In this document: positions 8,664 through 16,905 of the stretch, piece by piece
Layout of the letters: each line of letters starts with the position of its first letter
Position numbering within the stretch: position 1 is the stretch's first letter
DNA from: an uncultured Dolosicoccus sp.
GTDB taxonomy: Bacteria > Bacillota > Bacilli > Lactobacillales > Aerococcaceae
Assembly: GCA_945278685.1 (NCBI GenBank)
Contig: CALYPW010000001.1
Location: 1 to 63,049 of the forward strand
Reading direction: 5' to 3'
DNA: 63,049 nucleotides
Notes under the pieces: generated by a model
Told to the model about the DNA's origin: nothing
The model's input: the letters and a program-made list of their open reading frames with translations, nothing else
Databases searched by the model: none
Position numbers and translations under genes: made by a program

Positions 8664-10193
8664 GTGGCAAAATTACACAAAAACATTTTTAAATCACTAT
8701 TTGCTTCGGCAATGATCTTAGGAATGAACATCGCGCAAGACGACACCGCAGAAGCAACCGGCGAATTCGATCAGGCGATTGCCCACACAGAGGCTGCTCT
8801 AAGCAACCTAACTGCACAACAAGCAGAAGTATACGCATCTTTACAGAATGCATACGCTGAAATCGAAGCTGTTCAAGTGGATGTTGCAGAAATTGGCTCA
8901 TTAATTGAACAAGATGAAGCAACCATCGCGACCCTAGACGAAGAAATTAAAGTTCTAGAAGAAGCCATCGAGAAACGTTCAGTATTACTTGCAGATCAAG
9001 CGCGTAACGTGCAAGCAACCGGTGGATCCACAAACTTTTTAGAGTTAGTAGCTTCCTCAGAGTCTGTCAGTGATTTCATCGGACGTCTTGACGTTGTCAA
9101 AAAAGTTGTTTCAACTAACCAAAACTTACTAGAAGCTCAAGAAGAAGATAAGACTTCCGTTGAGTTTAAAGAACAAGAAGCTCAAGAGGTAAAAGCGGCC
9201 AAAGAAGCTCACTTAGCTGAATTAGCAGAAGCCGAAACTGCCTTAGCAGGATATGCTGCAGAAGCTGAAGGTGCTTACGCAGCCTTAGCCAATGATATTT
9301 CCTTAGCGGCTGCTCAACGTGATCAGTTAGTCGCAGAAAGAGCTGCCTATATTGAGGCCGTTGCTGCCGCACAAGCACAAGCTGCTGCAGAAGCTGCCGC
9401 TGCACAAGCCGCCGCCGAAGAAGCCGCCGCCGAAGAAGCTGCCGCTGCACAAGCCGCCGCCGAAGAAGCTGCCACTGCAGAAATTACGCCTGAAATGGCA
9501 GACGCAACCGCTGCTGCGGAAGCAGTCGCTGCTCTAGAGGCCGAAGCAAGTGCTGCCGAGGTTGCTGCTCAAGAAGCTGAAGCTTCGGTTGCAACTGCAA
9601 GCGAAAGTGTCCAACCAACGGTTGAAACACAAATAGTTGAACAAGAAGTTCAAACAGTGAATGAAGAAACTGGCGAAGTAACCACAGAAGTAGTTACTGA
9701 AACGGTTGAAGTAGAAGTTCCTGCAGTGGATAACTCTGCAGAAATTGCTGCTGCTGAAGCCGCTGCTGCTGAAGCCCGTCAAGCGGCCGAAGAAGCACAA
9801 GCTCAAGCAAGTGCTGCACAAGAAACTTTCGCAAGTGATTACGAAGCCTTAATCAACGAAGCTGAAAAGCACATCGGAACTCCTTACGTCTGGGGCGGAC
9901 GCAATCCTGGTGGATTTGACTGTTCTGGATTCGTTCAATACGTTTATAAAACGGCCTTGAACAAAGACATTGGTTCATGGACTGTGCCTCAAGAGTCTTC
10001 GGGAGACCGTATTTCAGTTGGAGAAGTTCAACCAGGAGATTTATACTTCTGGGGAGACGTAGGATCAAGCTACCACGTTGCCATGGCAACCGGTGGAGGG
10101 GCATACATCCACGCTGCCCAACCAGGAACACCTTTAGGATACGACGAAGTATCTCCATACTTTAACCCATCCTTCGCAGTGCGTGTTCGCTAA
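8664..10193 (+). CDS. Secreted peptidoglycan endopeptidase: PcsB/CwlO-type coiled coil plus NlpC/P60 (SagA/CwlO-like)
   Basis: Signal peptide, coiled coil with QARNVQ..GG..NFLELV.S.ES.SDFI.R, Ala/Glu-rich linker, C-terminal GTPYVWGG..GFDCSG..HVA..YIHA (Cys-His-His triad). Confidence 0.9.
   Translation: MAKLHKNIFKSLFASAMILGMNIAQDDTAEATGEFDQAIAHTEAALSNLTAQQAEVYASLQNAYAEIEAVQVDVAEIGSLIEQDEATIATLDEEIKVLEEAIEKRSVLLADQARNVQATGGSTNFLELVASSESVSDFIGRLDVVKKVVSTNQNLLEAQEEDKTSVEFKEQEAQEVKAAKEAHLAELAEAETALAGYAAEAEGAYAALANDISLAAAQRDQLVAERAAYIEAVAAAQAQAAAEAAAAQAAAEEAAAEEAAAAQAAAEEAATAEITPEMADATAAAEAVAALEAEASAAEVAAQEAEASVATASESVQPTVETQIVEQEVQTVNEETGEVTTEVVTETVEVEVPAVDNSAEIAAAEAAAAEARQAAEEAQAQASAAQETFASDYEALINEAEKHIGTPYVWGGRNPGGFDCSGFVQYVYKTALNKDIGSWTVPQESSGDRISVGEVQPGDLYFWGDVGSSYHVAMATGGGAYIHAAQPGTPLGYDEVSPYFNPSFAVRVR
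9390..9479 (+). repeat. In-frame tandem repeat built from 15-bp modules (EAAAA/QAAAE) in the hydrolase linker
   Basis: GAAGCTGCCGCTGCACAAGCCGCCGCCGAA at 9390 and 9435; GAAGCTGCCACTGCA at 9465. Confidence 0.8.
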
Positions 10194-10203
10194 TTAATGA
10201 TTA

Positions 10204-10230
10204 AGAGAGCCTTTTCGAAGGCTCTTTTTT
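10204..10230 (+). terminator. Terminator after the hydrolase gene
   Basis: AGAGCCTT-ttcg-AAGGCTCT followed by a T-run. Confidence 0.85.
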
Positions 10231-10340
10231 CTTGTGCTTTTTAAATTCCCCAAGAAGACTTTCCAGCGTGTCTCGCACGAGAGTCCCATTTGTGATATAA
10301 TTGTTATCGTATAAATTTATCAATGAGGAGGCACTTTTCA

Positions 10341-12377
10341 GTGGCCGAACAAAATAAACCAACTTTTTATATCACGACTCCGATTTATTATCCGAGTGGA
10401 GATTTACATATTGGAAACAGTTATTCAACAATTCTCAGTGATTCACTGGCAAGATATAAGCGTTTAATGGGTTACGATGTTCATTTTCTCACAGGAACAG
10501 ATGAGCATGGTCAAAAAATCCAAGAAACGGCTGAAGAACTCGGCATGGATCCTAAAGTCTATGTGGACGACATGGCCGAAAAGATTAAAGAACTCTGGGT
10601 GAAATGGGAAACCACCCACGATTACTTCATTCGAACCACCGACGATTACCACATGGCGGCAGTTCAACAAGTCTTCGAACAACTCCTGGAACAAGGAGAT
10701 ATTTACTTGGACCAGTACCGCGGTTGGTACTCAATTTCTGACGAAGAGTTCTTTACGGACAGTCAATTGTCGGAAGTTTACCGCAACGATGCCGGTGAAA
10801 TTATCGGCGGGAAAGCGCCTAGCGGTCACGAGGTTGAATTGGTTGAAGAAGAATCTTATTTCTTCAAAATGAGTAAATACGCCGAGCGTTTGGCTCAATA
10901 TTATGAAGATCATCCGAACTTTTTGAAGCCTGAATTCCGTAAGAATGAAATGTTGAACAACTTCATTAAACCAGGGCTCAATGATTTGGCAGTTTCCAGG
11001 ACGACTTTTGACTGGGGAATCCCTGTGTCATCCAATCCTAAGCATGTGGTCTATGTATGGATTGATGCCTTGATCAACTACATTACCGCTTTAGGCTATG
11101 GTTCTGACGATACAGAGTTATTTGATAAATATTGGCCAGCAGACGTTCATGTGGTTGGAAAAGATATTTCCCGCTTCCATATGATCTATTGGCCGACCAT
11201 GTTAATGGCTTTAGATTTGCCCTTGCCAAAGACGATTTTTGCCCACGGTTGGCTTTTAATGCAAGACGGTAAGATGTCTAAATCCAAGGGGAACGTCGTC
11301 TACCCTCATACGCTAATTGATCGCTACGGAGTGGATGCTTCTCGTTACTATCTGTTGCGTGAAATGAGCAAGGGCAACGACAGTGTCTTTACTCCGGAGG
11401 ATTTTGTGGAGCGTTTAAATACCGATCTTTCCAACGATTTAGGAAACTTGCTTAACCGAACCATCGGCATGATTAACCAATACTTTGAAGGTGTGGTCCC
11501 TACTGAGAACCTAGGAGTCAATGCGCCAGATGAAGATTTAGTGGCAACCATTGAAGAGCAGGTCGCCTGTTACCATGATTTCATGGATCAACTCGAAGTA
11601 AGCCGTGCAGCTGAAGCAGTAATGGCCATTGTATCACGGACCAACCGTTACATTGATGAGACGAAACCTTGGGTTCTTAATCGTTCAGAGGATGCCGAAG
11701 AGCGTGCGAAACTCGCAGGCGTGATGCATCACCTGGCCGAAAGTTTAAGAATTGTCGCGCTCCTGATGCGTCCATACATGCCTCAAGCGCCCGCGGAAAT
11801 GTTTGCCCAACTAGGAATCTCCCAAGAAAATGATCGTTTACTGACGGATCTTGCATGGGGACAGTTCCCGCAAGCTGTGAAGGTTACAGCAAAAGCTCGC
11901 CCAATCTTCCCACGCTTAGATGCGGAAGAAGAAGTGACTTATCTTCAAGAAGTCATGCGAGCCCAAATTGCGGCCAGTCAAGGCGCCGACAGTGTAGAGG
12001 ATCCTCACTGGGAACCGGAAGCCGTTGAACTGGTCTATGAAGAGACAGCTTCTGTGAGTTTTGACGAAGCCATGGCCACCGAAATTAAGGTTGCGGAAGT
12101 CATGGACGTAGCACCCGTCGAAGGTTCAGATCGTTTACTGCGTTTCCGCTTAGACGCCGGTGATAAAGGTCATCGCCAAGTGCTTTCTGGTATTGCAGAA
12201 GACTATCCGGTCTATGAAGAGCTGATCGGTCAAAAAGTCATTGTGATCACCAATTTGCAACCAAGAAAAATGATGGGACTCATTAGCCAAGGAATGATTT
12301 TATCAGCAGAGACTGATGAAGGTCTGGAGTTAATTCTCGCACCTTCTCATGTTCCCAATGGCACACGTTTGTCCTAA
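10341..12377 (+). CDS. metG: Methionine--tRNA ligase with C-terminal tRNA-binding domain
   Basis: TTPIYYPSGDLHIGN, GTDEHGQKI, YVWIDAL, KMSKS, C-terminal OB domain. GTG 10341 after GAGGAGG; TGaTATAAT at 10293-10301. Confidence 0.96.
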   Translation: MAEQNKPTFYITTPIYYPSGDLHIGNSYSTILSDSLARYKRLMGYDVHFLTGTDEHGQKIQETAEELGMDPKVYVDDMAEKIKELWVKWETTHDYFIRTTDDYHMAAVQQVFEQLLEQGDIYLDQYRGWYSISDEEFFTDSQLSEVYRNDAGEIIGGKAPSGHEVELVEEESYFFKMSKYAERLAQYYEDHPNFLKPEFRKNEMLNNFIKPGLNDLAVSRTTFDWGIPVSSNPKHVVYVWIDALINYITALGYGSDDTELFDKYWPADVHVVGKDISRFHMIYWPTMLMALDLPLPKTIFAHGWLLMQDGKMSKSKGNVVYPHTLIDRYGVDASRYYLLREMSKGNDSVFTPEDFVERLNTDLSNDLGNLLNRTIGMINQYFEGVVPTENLGVNAPDEDLVATIEEQVACYHDFMDQLEVSRAAEAVMAIVSRTNRYIDETKPWVLNRSEDAEERAKLAGVMHHLAESLRIVALLMRPYMPQAPAEMFAQLGISQENDRLLTDLAWGQFPQAVKVTAKARPIFPRLDAEEEVTYLQEVMRAQIAASQGADSVEDPHWEPEAVELVYEETASVSFDEAMATEIKVAEVMDVAPVEGSDRLLRFRLDAGDKGHRQVLSGIAEDYPVYEELIGQKVIVITNLQPRKMMGLISQGMILSAETDEGLELILAPSHVPNGTRLS

Positions 12378-12445
12378 GAACATTTCAAAAGTCTCAATCC
12401 TTCAAGATTGAGATTTTTTTACTTAAGAAAGGAAGACTTCATCCA

Positions 12446-13228
12446 ATGAAATTATTTGATACTCACGTCCATTTGAACTTGCGTGAATTTAGAAGCCGAG
12501 AGGCATCTGTCATTGAGGAAGCTGTGGCCAATGATGTGGCTTACATGTCAGTTGTCGGCTTTGACGAAGCCAATATTAAGCAGGCATTGAAAATTGCCCA
12601 TGCCCACGATAATGTAATAGCCTCCATTGGTTGGCATCCTGACGATGCAGGAGATTACAACGACCGCATCGAACATAAATTGCAAGAGTGGTTGGAAGAT
12701 TCCCGTGTGCACATGATGGGTGAGATGGGCCTTGATTATCATTGGATGAACTCGCCCAAGGAAGTACAGGAGCGGGTTTTCCGCCGTCAAATCGCCATTG
12801 CTAAAGAGCACGATTTGCCAATCTCTATCCATAGCCGTGATTCGACCTTTGATGTTTTGAAGATCTTGCGTGAAGAAGGCTTGCCAAATCGTGGCGGTGT
12901 CATGCATAGTTTTTCTGGCAATGTAACCGATGCTCAGAATTTTTTAGACCTGGGCATGCACTTGAGTTTTAGTGGAGTTGTGACTTACCGTTCGGCACCT
13001 GAAATCCAGCAAGCTGCCCTCATTACGCCAGAAGATCGTCTGCTCATTGAAACGGATGCCCCTTACCTCACCCCGCAACCTAAACGAGGTCAGAGAAACC
13101 AACCGGCTTATGTGAAACATGTGGCTGAAAAGATCGCAGAAATTCGCGAAGAATCTTTGGAAGAGGTTGGTCGCTATACGACTCAAAACGCTTTTGATCT
13201 TTTCCAATGGTGCCCAGAAAATGACTAA
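12446..13228 (+). CDS. tatD: TatD-family DNase
   Basis: DTHVHLN, GWHP, GEMGLDY, IHSRD, MHSFSG, ETDAPYL. Confidence 0.95.
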   Translation: MKLFDTHVHLNLREFRSREASVIEEAVANDVAYMSVVGFDEANIKQALKIAHAHDNVIASIGWHPDDAGDYNDRIEHKLQEWLEDSRVHMMGEMGLDYHWMNSPKEVQERVFRRQIAIAKEHDLPISIHSRDSTFDVLKILREEGLPNRGGVMHSFSGNVTDAQNFLDLGMHLSFSGVVTYRSAPEIQQAALITPEDRLLIETDAPYLTPQPKRGQRNQPAYVKHVAEKIAEIREESLEEVGRYTTQNAFDLFQWCPEND

Positions 13229-13790
13229 GCTTATTCCTCAGGAAGTCTTTGTGGTTGAAGGACGCAATGACACCCGTCATTTGCAGGAGGTTTTCGGCCC
13301 ATCCATCAAAACGATTGAAACTAACGGATCGGCGATTTCTTCGGCCACCTTGCAACGCATTGCAGAAGCAGCAAAGATCCAAGGAGTCATTGTCTTGACA
13401 GACCCTGATTACCAAGGTGAACGGATTCGTCGACGGATTCAAGAACAGGTGCCCGATGTCAAGCACGTGTATCTCCAGGCTCGCCAGGCTCAAGGGCAAA
13501 GAGCCCATCAAAATCTCGGAGTGGAATACACAGCGGCTGAGGATTTGCGCCGAGCCCTTGAGAATGTTTGGACCCCTCGCACTGAAGAGGTCAGAGAGAT
13601 TTCCTTGAAACAACTCATGGATTTGAAATTAGTCGCCCATCCTCAGGCAGCTCAAAAACGCCAACAAGTGGCTGAAGCTTTTCACCTGGGCCCACTCAAT
13701 GCTCGACAATTGCGCAAACAACTGGCAAATTATGGAATTAGTTACGAGGGCCTGTTACAAGTCCTCCAGGAGAGTGAAGTTAATGAGTAA
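13221..13790 (+). CDS. rnmV: Ribonuclease M5
   Basis: Toprim VVEGRND, IETNGSA, LTDPDYQGERIR, GVE; position between tatD and rsmA. Confidence 0.93.
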   Translation: MTKLIPQEVFVVEGRNDTRHLQEVFGPSIKTIETNGSAISSATLQRIAEAAKIQGVIVLTDPDYQGERIRRRIQEQVPDVKHVYLQARQAQGQRAHQNLGVEYTAAEDLRRALENVWTPRTEEVREISLKQLMDLKLVAHPQAAQKRQQVAEAFHLGPLNARQLRKQLANYGISYEGLLQVLQESEVNE

Positions 13791-14658
13791 TGGATTTAAA
13801 CCCATCGGCACGCCGTCTCGAACGGTCGAAATCATGAGAAAGCATGACCTGCATATGAAAAAAAGCCTGGGTCAAAACTTTCTCGTTGAGCCACAAATTC
13901 TAGAAAACATGTTGGTCAGTGGCCAAGTGGATGATTCAACCACAGTCATCGAGATTGGACCGGGCATCGGGGCATTGACAGAATTTCTCGCGCGTCATGC
14001 CAAGAAAGTTTTGGCTTTTGAAATTGACGATCGGTTCATTGGTATTTTGGATGACACCTTGTCGCCTTATGACAATGTTCAAGTGGTCCATCAAGATATT
14101 TTAAGTGTGGACTTCCATTCGTCGGATTATGAATGGCTTCACCAAGAAGAGAAATTGTTGGTCATTGCTAATTTGCCCTACTACATTACCACGCCCATCC
14201 TTATGAAATTGATCCTCAGTGACCTTCCTTTCCAACGCTTGGTAATGATGATGCAAAAGGAAGTCGCTGAACGTATTCAAGCGTCGGTGGGTACAAAAGA
14301 TTACAGTTCCTTGACGGTTGCCATCCAAAATAGGATGGACACTGCCATTGCGTTCATGGTTCCGCCCACCGTATTCATTCCTCAACCCAATGTGGAATCG
14401 GCGGTCTTGGTTCTAAGTCGCCGGCCGGAAGCCTTGGTAGAAGTAAATGATGATGAAGCTTTCCAGGTTTTTGTGCAAATGTGTTTCAAACAACGTCGCA
14501 AAACTTTATGGAACAATCTCCGCAATGCTTATGTCAATGATGAGCGTTCCGTGGAGGAATTACGGGCGCTTGTTGAAGACATCGGCATAGATCCTTCCAG
14601 ACGGGCGGAGACCTTAACGATCCAGGAGTTTGCAACCCTTTACCAGCAGTTGTTTTAA
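13783..14658 (+). CDS. rsmA: 16S rRNA m6,2A dimethyltransferase
   Basis: KKSLGQNFL, EIGPGIGALT, ANLPYYITTP, MQKEVAER, QRRKTL. Confidence 0.96.
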   Translation: MSNGFKPIGTPSRTVEIMRKHDLHMKKSLGQNFLVEPQILENMLVSGQVDDSTTVIEIGPGIGALTEFLARHAKKVLAFEIDDRFIGILDDTLSPYDNVQVVHQDILSVDFHSSDYEWLHQEEKLLVIANLPYYITTPILMKLILSDLPFQRLVMMMQKEVAERIQASVGTKDYSSLTVAIQNRMDTAIAFMVPPTVFIPQPNVESAVLVLSRRPEALVEVNDDEAFQVFVQMCFKQRRKTLWNNLRNAYVNDERSVEELRALVEDIGIDPSRRAETLTIQEFATLYQQLF

Positions 14659-14680
14659 AAAAGATTCAAGGAGGATGGCG

Positions 14681-15817
14681 ATGAGTCACCAAACTTTTCA
14701 TTTATTTACGCGTTTCCAAGGGCAGGACCTTATAAATCGTTTGGATAAATTGCAAGAACTGTCCCAAGAAACGACCAATGATGAGGGGCAGACACTCTTG
14801 CACATCGCAGTTCTTCAGCGGGATTTAGCCCTTGTGAGTTATCTCTTGAAGCGCGGCTTTGATGCGGATCAAGGGGATCACCATCAACAAAGTCCCCTTT
14901 ATTTGGCTTCTTCTCGGGGCGACTCACGCATTTTGGAATTACTTCTAACCTATAGTCAGAAGTCTAGCCAGAGCAACGTGCATGGTGAAAGTGTACTCAT
15001 GCCCGCGTGTCAGCGGGGATTACTCTCCGTTGCGGATGTGGCCTTAGACGGTGAAGTGTCTTTGGATCAGATCGATATTTTTGGCCGCCATGCATTGATT
15101 CATACCATCATTCATGGAGATGGTGGCTACATTTACCAAGAGATTCTTCGTAGATTGCTCCAAGCAGGGATATCCAAAGGTCTTCGGGATGATTTCAACC
15201 GTACAGCCTTGGATTATGCCCAGGAACTGGACCAGACGGTTATCATCCAACTTCTTGAAGATGATCCAGACGCTTGGGAAGATGGTTTTGATGAGATTCG
15301 TGATTTACTCGAGCACAAGAAATACGGCACCGCTCTTGGGAAGCTCCAACAAGAAGAGGACTCATTGAAGCAAAAGTTTTTCATTGGTTATACCTATTAC
15401 GTCATGGATCAGTACCAGGTGGCAGAAACTTATATTCAAAACATTATCAATGAAGATCCTCATTTCATCTACACCTTGGCCTTGATGGCTGTTTTGCAGG
15501 ATAAAATTGCCATTGCACCTTTTTACTTGGAGTTAGGCGATGTCAAAACAAAAGGTGGCTTCTTCAAGTATCGCCGGGTACAGCTCAATCTGGATCTTGG
15601 CCGGTACTTGGACGCCTACACCTTGATGCAGGAATTGATTAAAGACTATCCGGATCGTCTCGATTATGTGTACTTGCAAGCCACGACTTTGCAACGGTTA
15701 GGGCGCTGGGAGGAAGCCATTGAATTGATGGAACGCGTGCGTGCGGCCTTGGTTCAAAATCCTTTCTTCCACCAAAAGATTCAGCAATTAAAAGCCTTGC
15801 AATCGGTAAAGGATTGA
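14681..15817 (+). CDS. Ankyrin-repeat plus TPR-like protein of unknown function
   Basis: Ankyrin units GQTLLHIAV..LVSYLLKRG, QSPLYLAS..G..ILELLL, GESVLMPAC, GRHALIHTI, NRTALDYA. C-terminal TPR-like helices (LGRYLDAY..IKDYPD, LGRWEEAIELM). RBS GGAGG before ATG 14681. Confidence 0.8.
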   Translation: MSHQTFHLFTRFQGQDLINRLDKLQELSQETTNDEGQTLLHIAVLQRDLALVSYLLKRGFDADQGDHHQQSPLYLASSRGDSRILELLLTYSQKSSQSNVHGESVLMPACQRGLLSVADVALDGEVSLDQIDIFGRHALIHTIIHGDGGYIYQEILRRLLQAGISKGLRDDFNRTALDYAQELDQTVIIQLLEDDPDAWEDGFDEIRDLLEHKKYGTALGKLQQEEDSLKQKFFIGYTYYVMDQYQVAETYIQNIINEDPHFIYTLALMAVLQDKIAIAPFYLELGDVKTKGGFFKYRRVQLNLDLGRYLDAYTLMQELIKDYPDRLDYVYLQATTLQRLGRWEEAIELMERVRAALVQNPFFHQKIQQLKALQSVKD

Positions 15818-15842
15818 TTCAAAATTGACTTTGTGATATAAT
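15814..15842 (+). promoter_or_regulatory. Strong sigma-A promoter of veg
   Basis: TTGATT-N17-TATAAT with an extended TG. Confidence 0.75.
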
Positions 15843-15863
15843 TGTGGTCGAGAGGTGAACGTA

Positions 15864-16187
15864 ATGTCAAAAGAAAGCGCACAGCCCGAGGAAGTCACCG
15901 AAGAAATCACGGATATCAATGAGATGACCGATGTTTCAGCGATTCGACAAAGACTAGAAGAAAACATCGATCAGGAAATTGTCGTCATTGTTGAAATGGG
16001 ACGTCGTCGTCAAAAAGAGCGCCGTGGAATTTTAAAGGAGATCTACCGCTCACTGTTTGTAGTTGAGTTGGATCAAGATGAGAATAACTTTGAACGTGCC
16101 TCCTATGGTTATCGAGACATCCTTACCAAAGCAATTGCAGTAAAGTTTGTCGATGAACTTGAAGATGAGGAAGGCACTGAAGAATAA
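15864..16187 (+). CDS. veg: Veg family protein with acidic extensions
   Basis: GRRRQKERRGIL.E.YRSLFVVELD....FER.SY.Y.DILT signature; position after rsmA. Confidence 0.9.
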   Translation: MSKESAQPEEVTEEITDINEMTDVSAIRQRLEENIDQEIVVIVEMGRRRQKERRGILKEIYRSLFVVELDQDENNFERASYGYRDILTKAIAVKFVDELEDEEGTEE

Positions 16188-16289
16188 TTAGTAAACGACT
16201 ACTTGCGAAGTGGTCGTTTTTTCAACTGCCTTTAAGATTCGAATATGATATACTCAACTCACTGAATCAAGCAGACAGGGGTAAAGAAT

Positions 16290-16850
16290 ATGAAAATGAT
16301 TGTAGGATTAGGAAATCCTGGCAACCGCTACGCGGGTACTCGCCACAACATCGGCTTTGACGTGATCGATGAGGTCCTTCGCCGAAACCATCACACGATG
16401 ACGGACCAAAAATTTCAGGCAGATTATACCATTTGGCACCACCAAGGCGAAAGAATCGTGCTGGTAAAACCTTATACCTACATGAATCTATCAGGGGAAG
16501 CCGTTTTTCCCTTGATGAGTTATTTTGGCATTGGACCTTCCCAGCTGACGGTCATTTATGACGATTTAGACTTAGGGTTGGGTCAGCTGCGCTATCGCTA
16601 TACTGGTGGAGCTGGAGGTCACAATGGCATGAAAAGTATGATTGCCATGTTAGGCACTCAAAACTTTAACCGTGTCCGCTTTGGGATTGGGCAACCACCG
16701 GGTGGTTGGAAAGTTGCCGATTTCGTTCTGGCACCATTTACTAAGGAAGAACGCATTGACATTCTGCCCTCCATCGAACGTGTAGCCGAGGCCATGGAAG
16801 CTTGGGCAGGAGGAATGGATTTCAACGACGTCATGAATCAATACAATTAA
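16290..16850 (+). CDS. pth: Peptidyl-tRNA hydrolase
   Basis: IVGLGNPG..YAGTRHNIGF, KPYTYMNLSG, YDDLDL, GGHNGMKS. Confidence 0.97.
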   Translation: MKMIVGLGNPGNRYAGTRHNIGFDVIDEVLRRNHHTMTDQKFQADYTIWHHQGERIVLVKPYTYMNLSGEAVFPLMSYFGIGPSQLTVIYDDLDLGLGQLRYRYTGGAGGHNGMKSMIAMLGTQNFNRVRFGIGQPPGGWKVADFVLAPFTKEERIDILPSIERVAEAMEAWAGGMDFNDVMNQYN

Positions 16851-16905
16851 CAAGCAGAGGGGTCAGTGGTTGCTGAGCCCTCTGCTTGCTGTTAGGAGGC
16901 TAAAG

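Noticed and set aside
9390-9479. Short repeats as a possible CRISPR array
   Set aside because: They are in-frame coding repeats without unique spacers, and there are no cas genes in the window.
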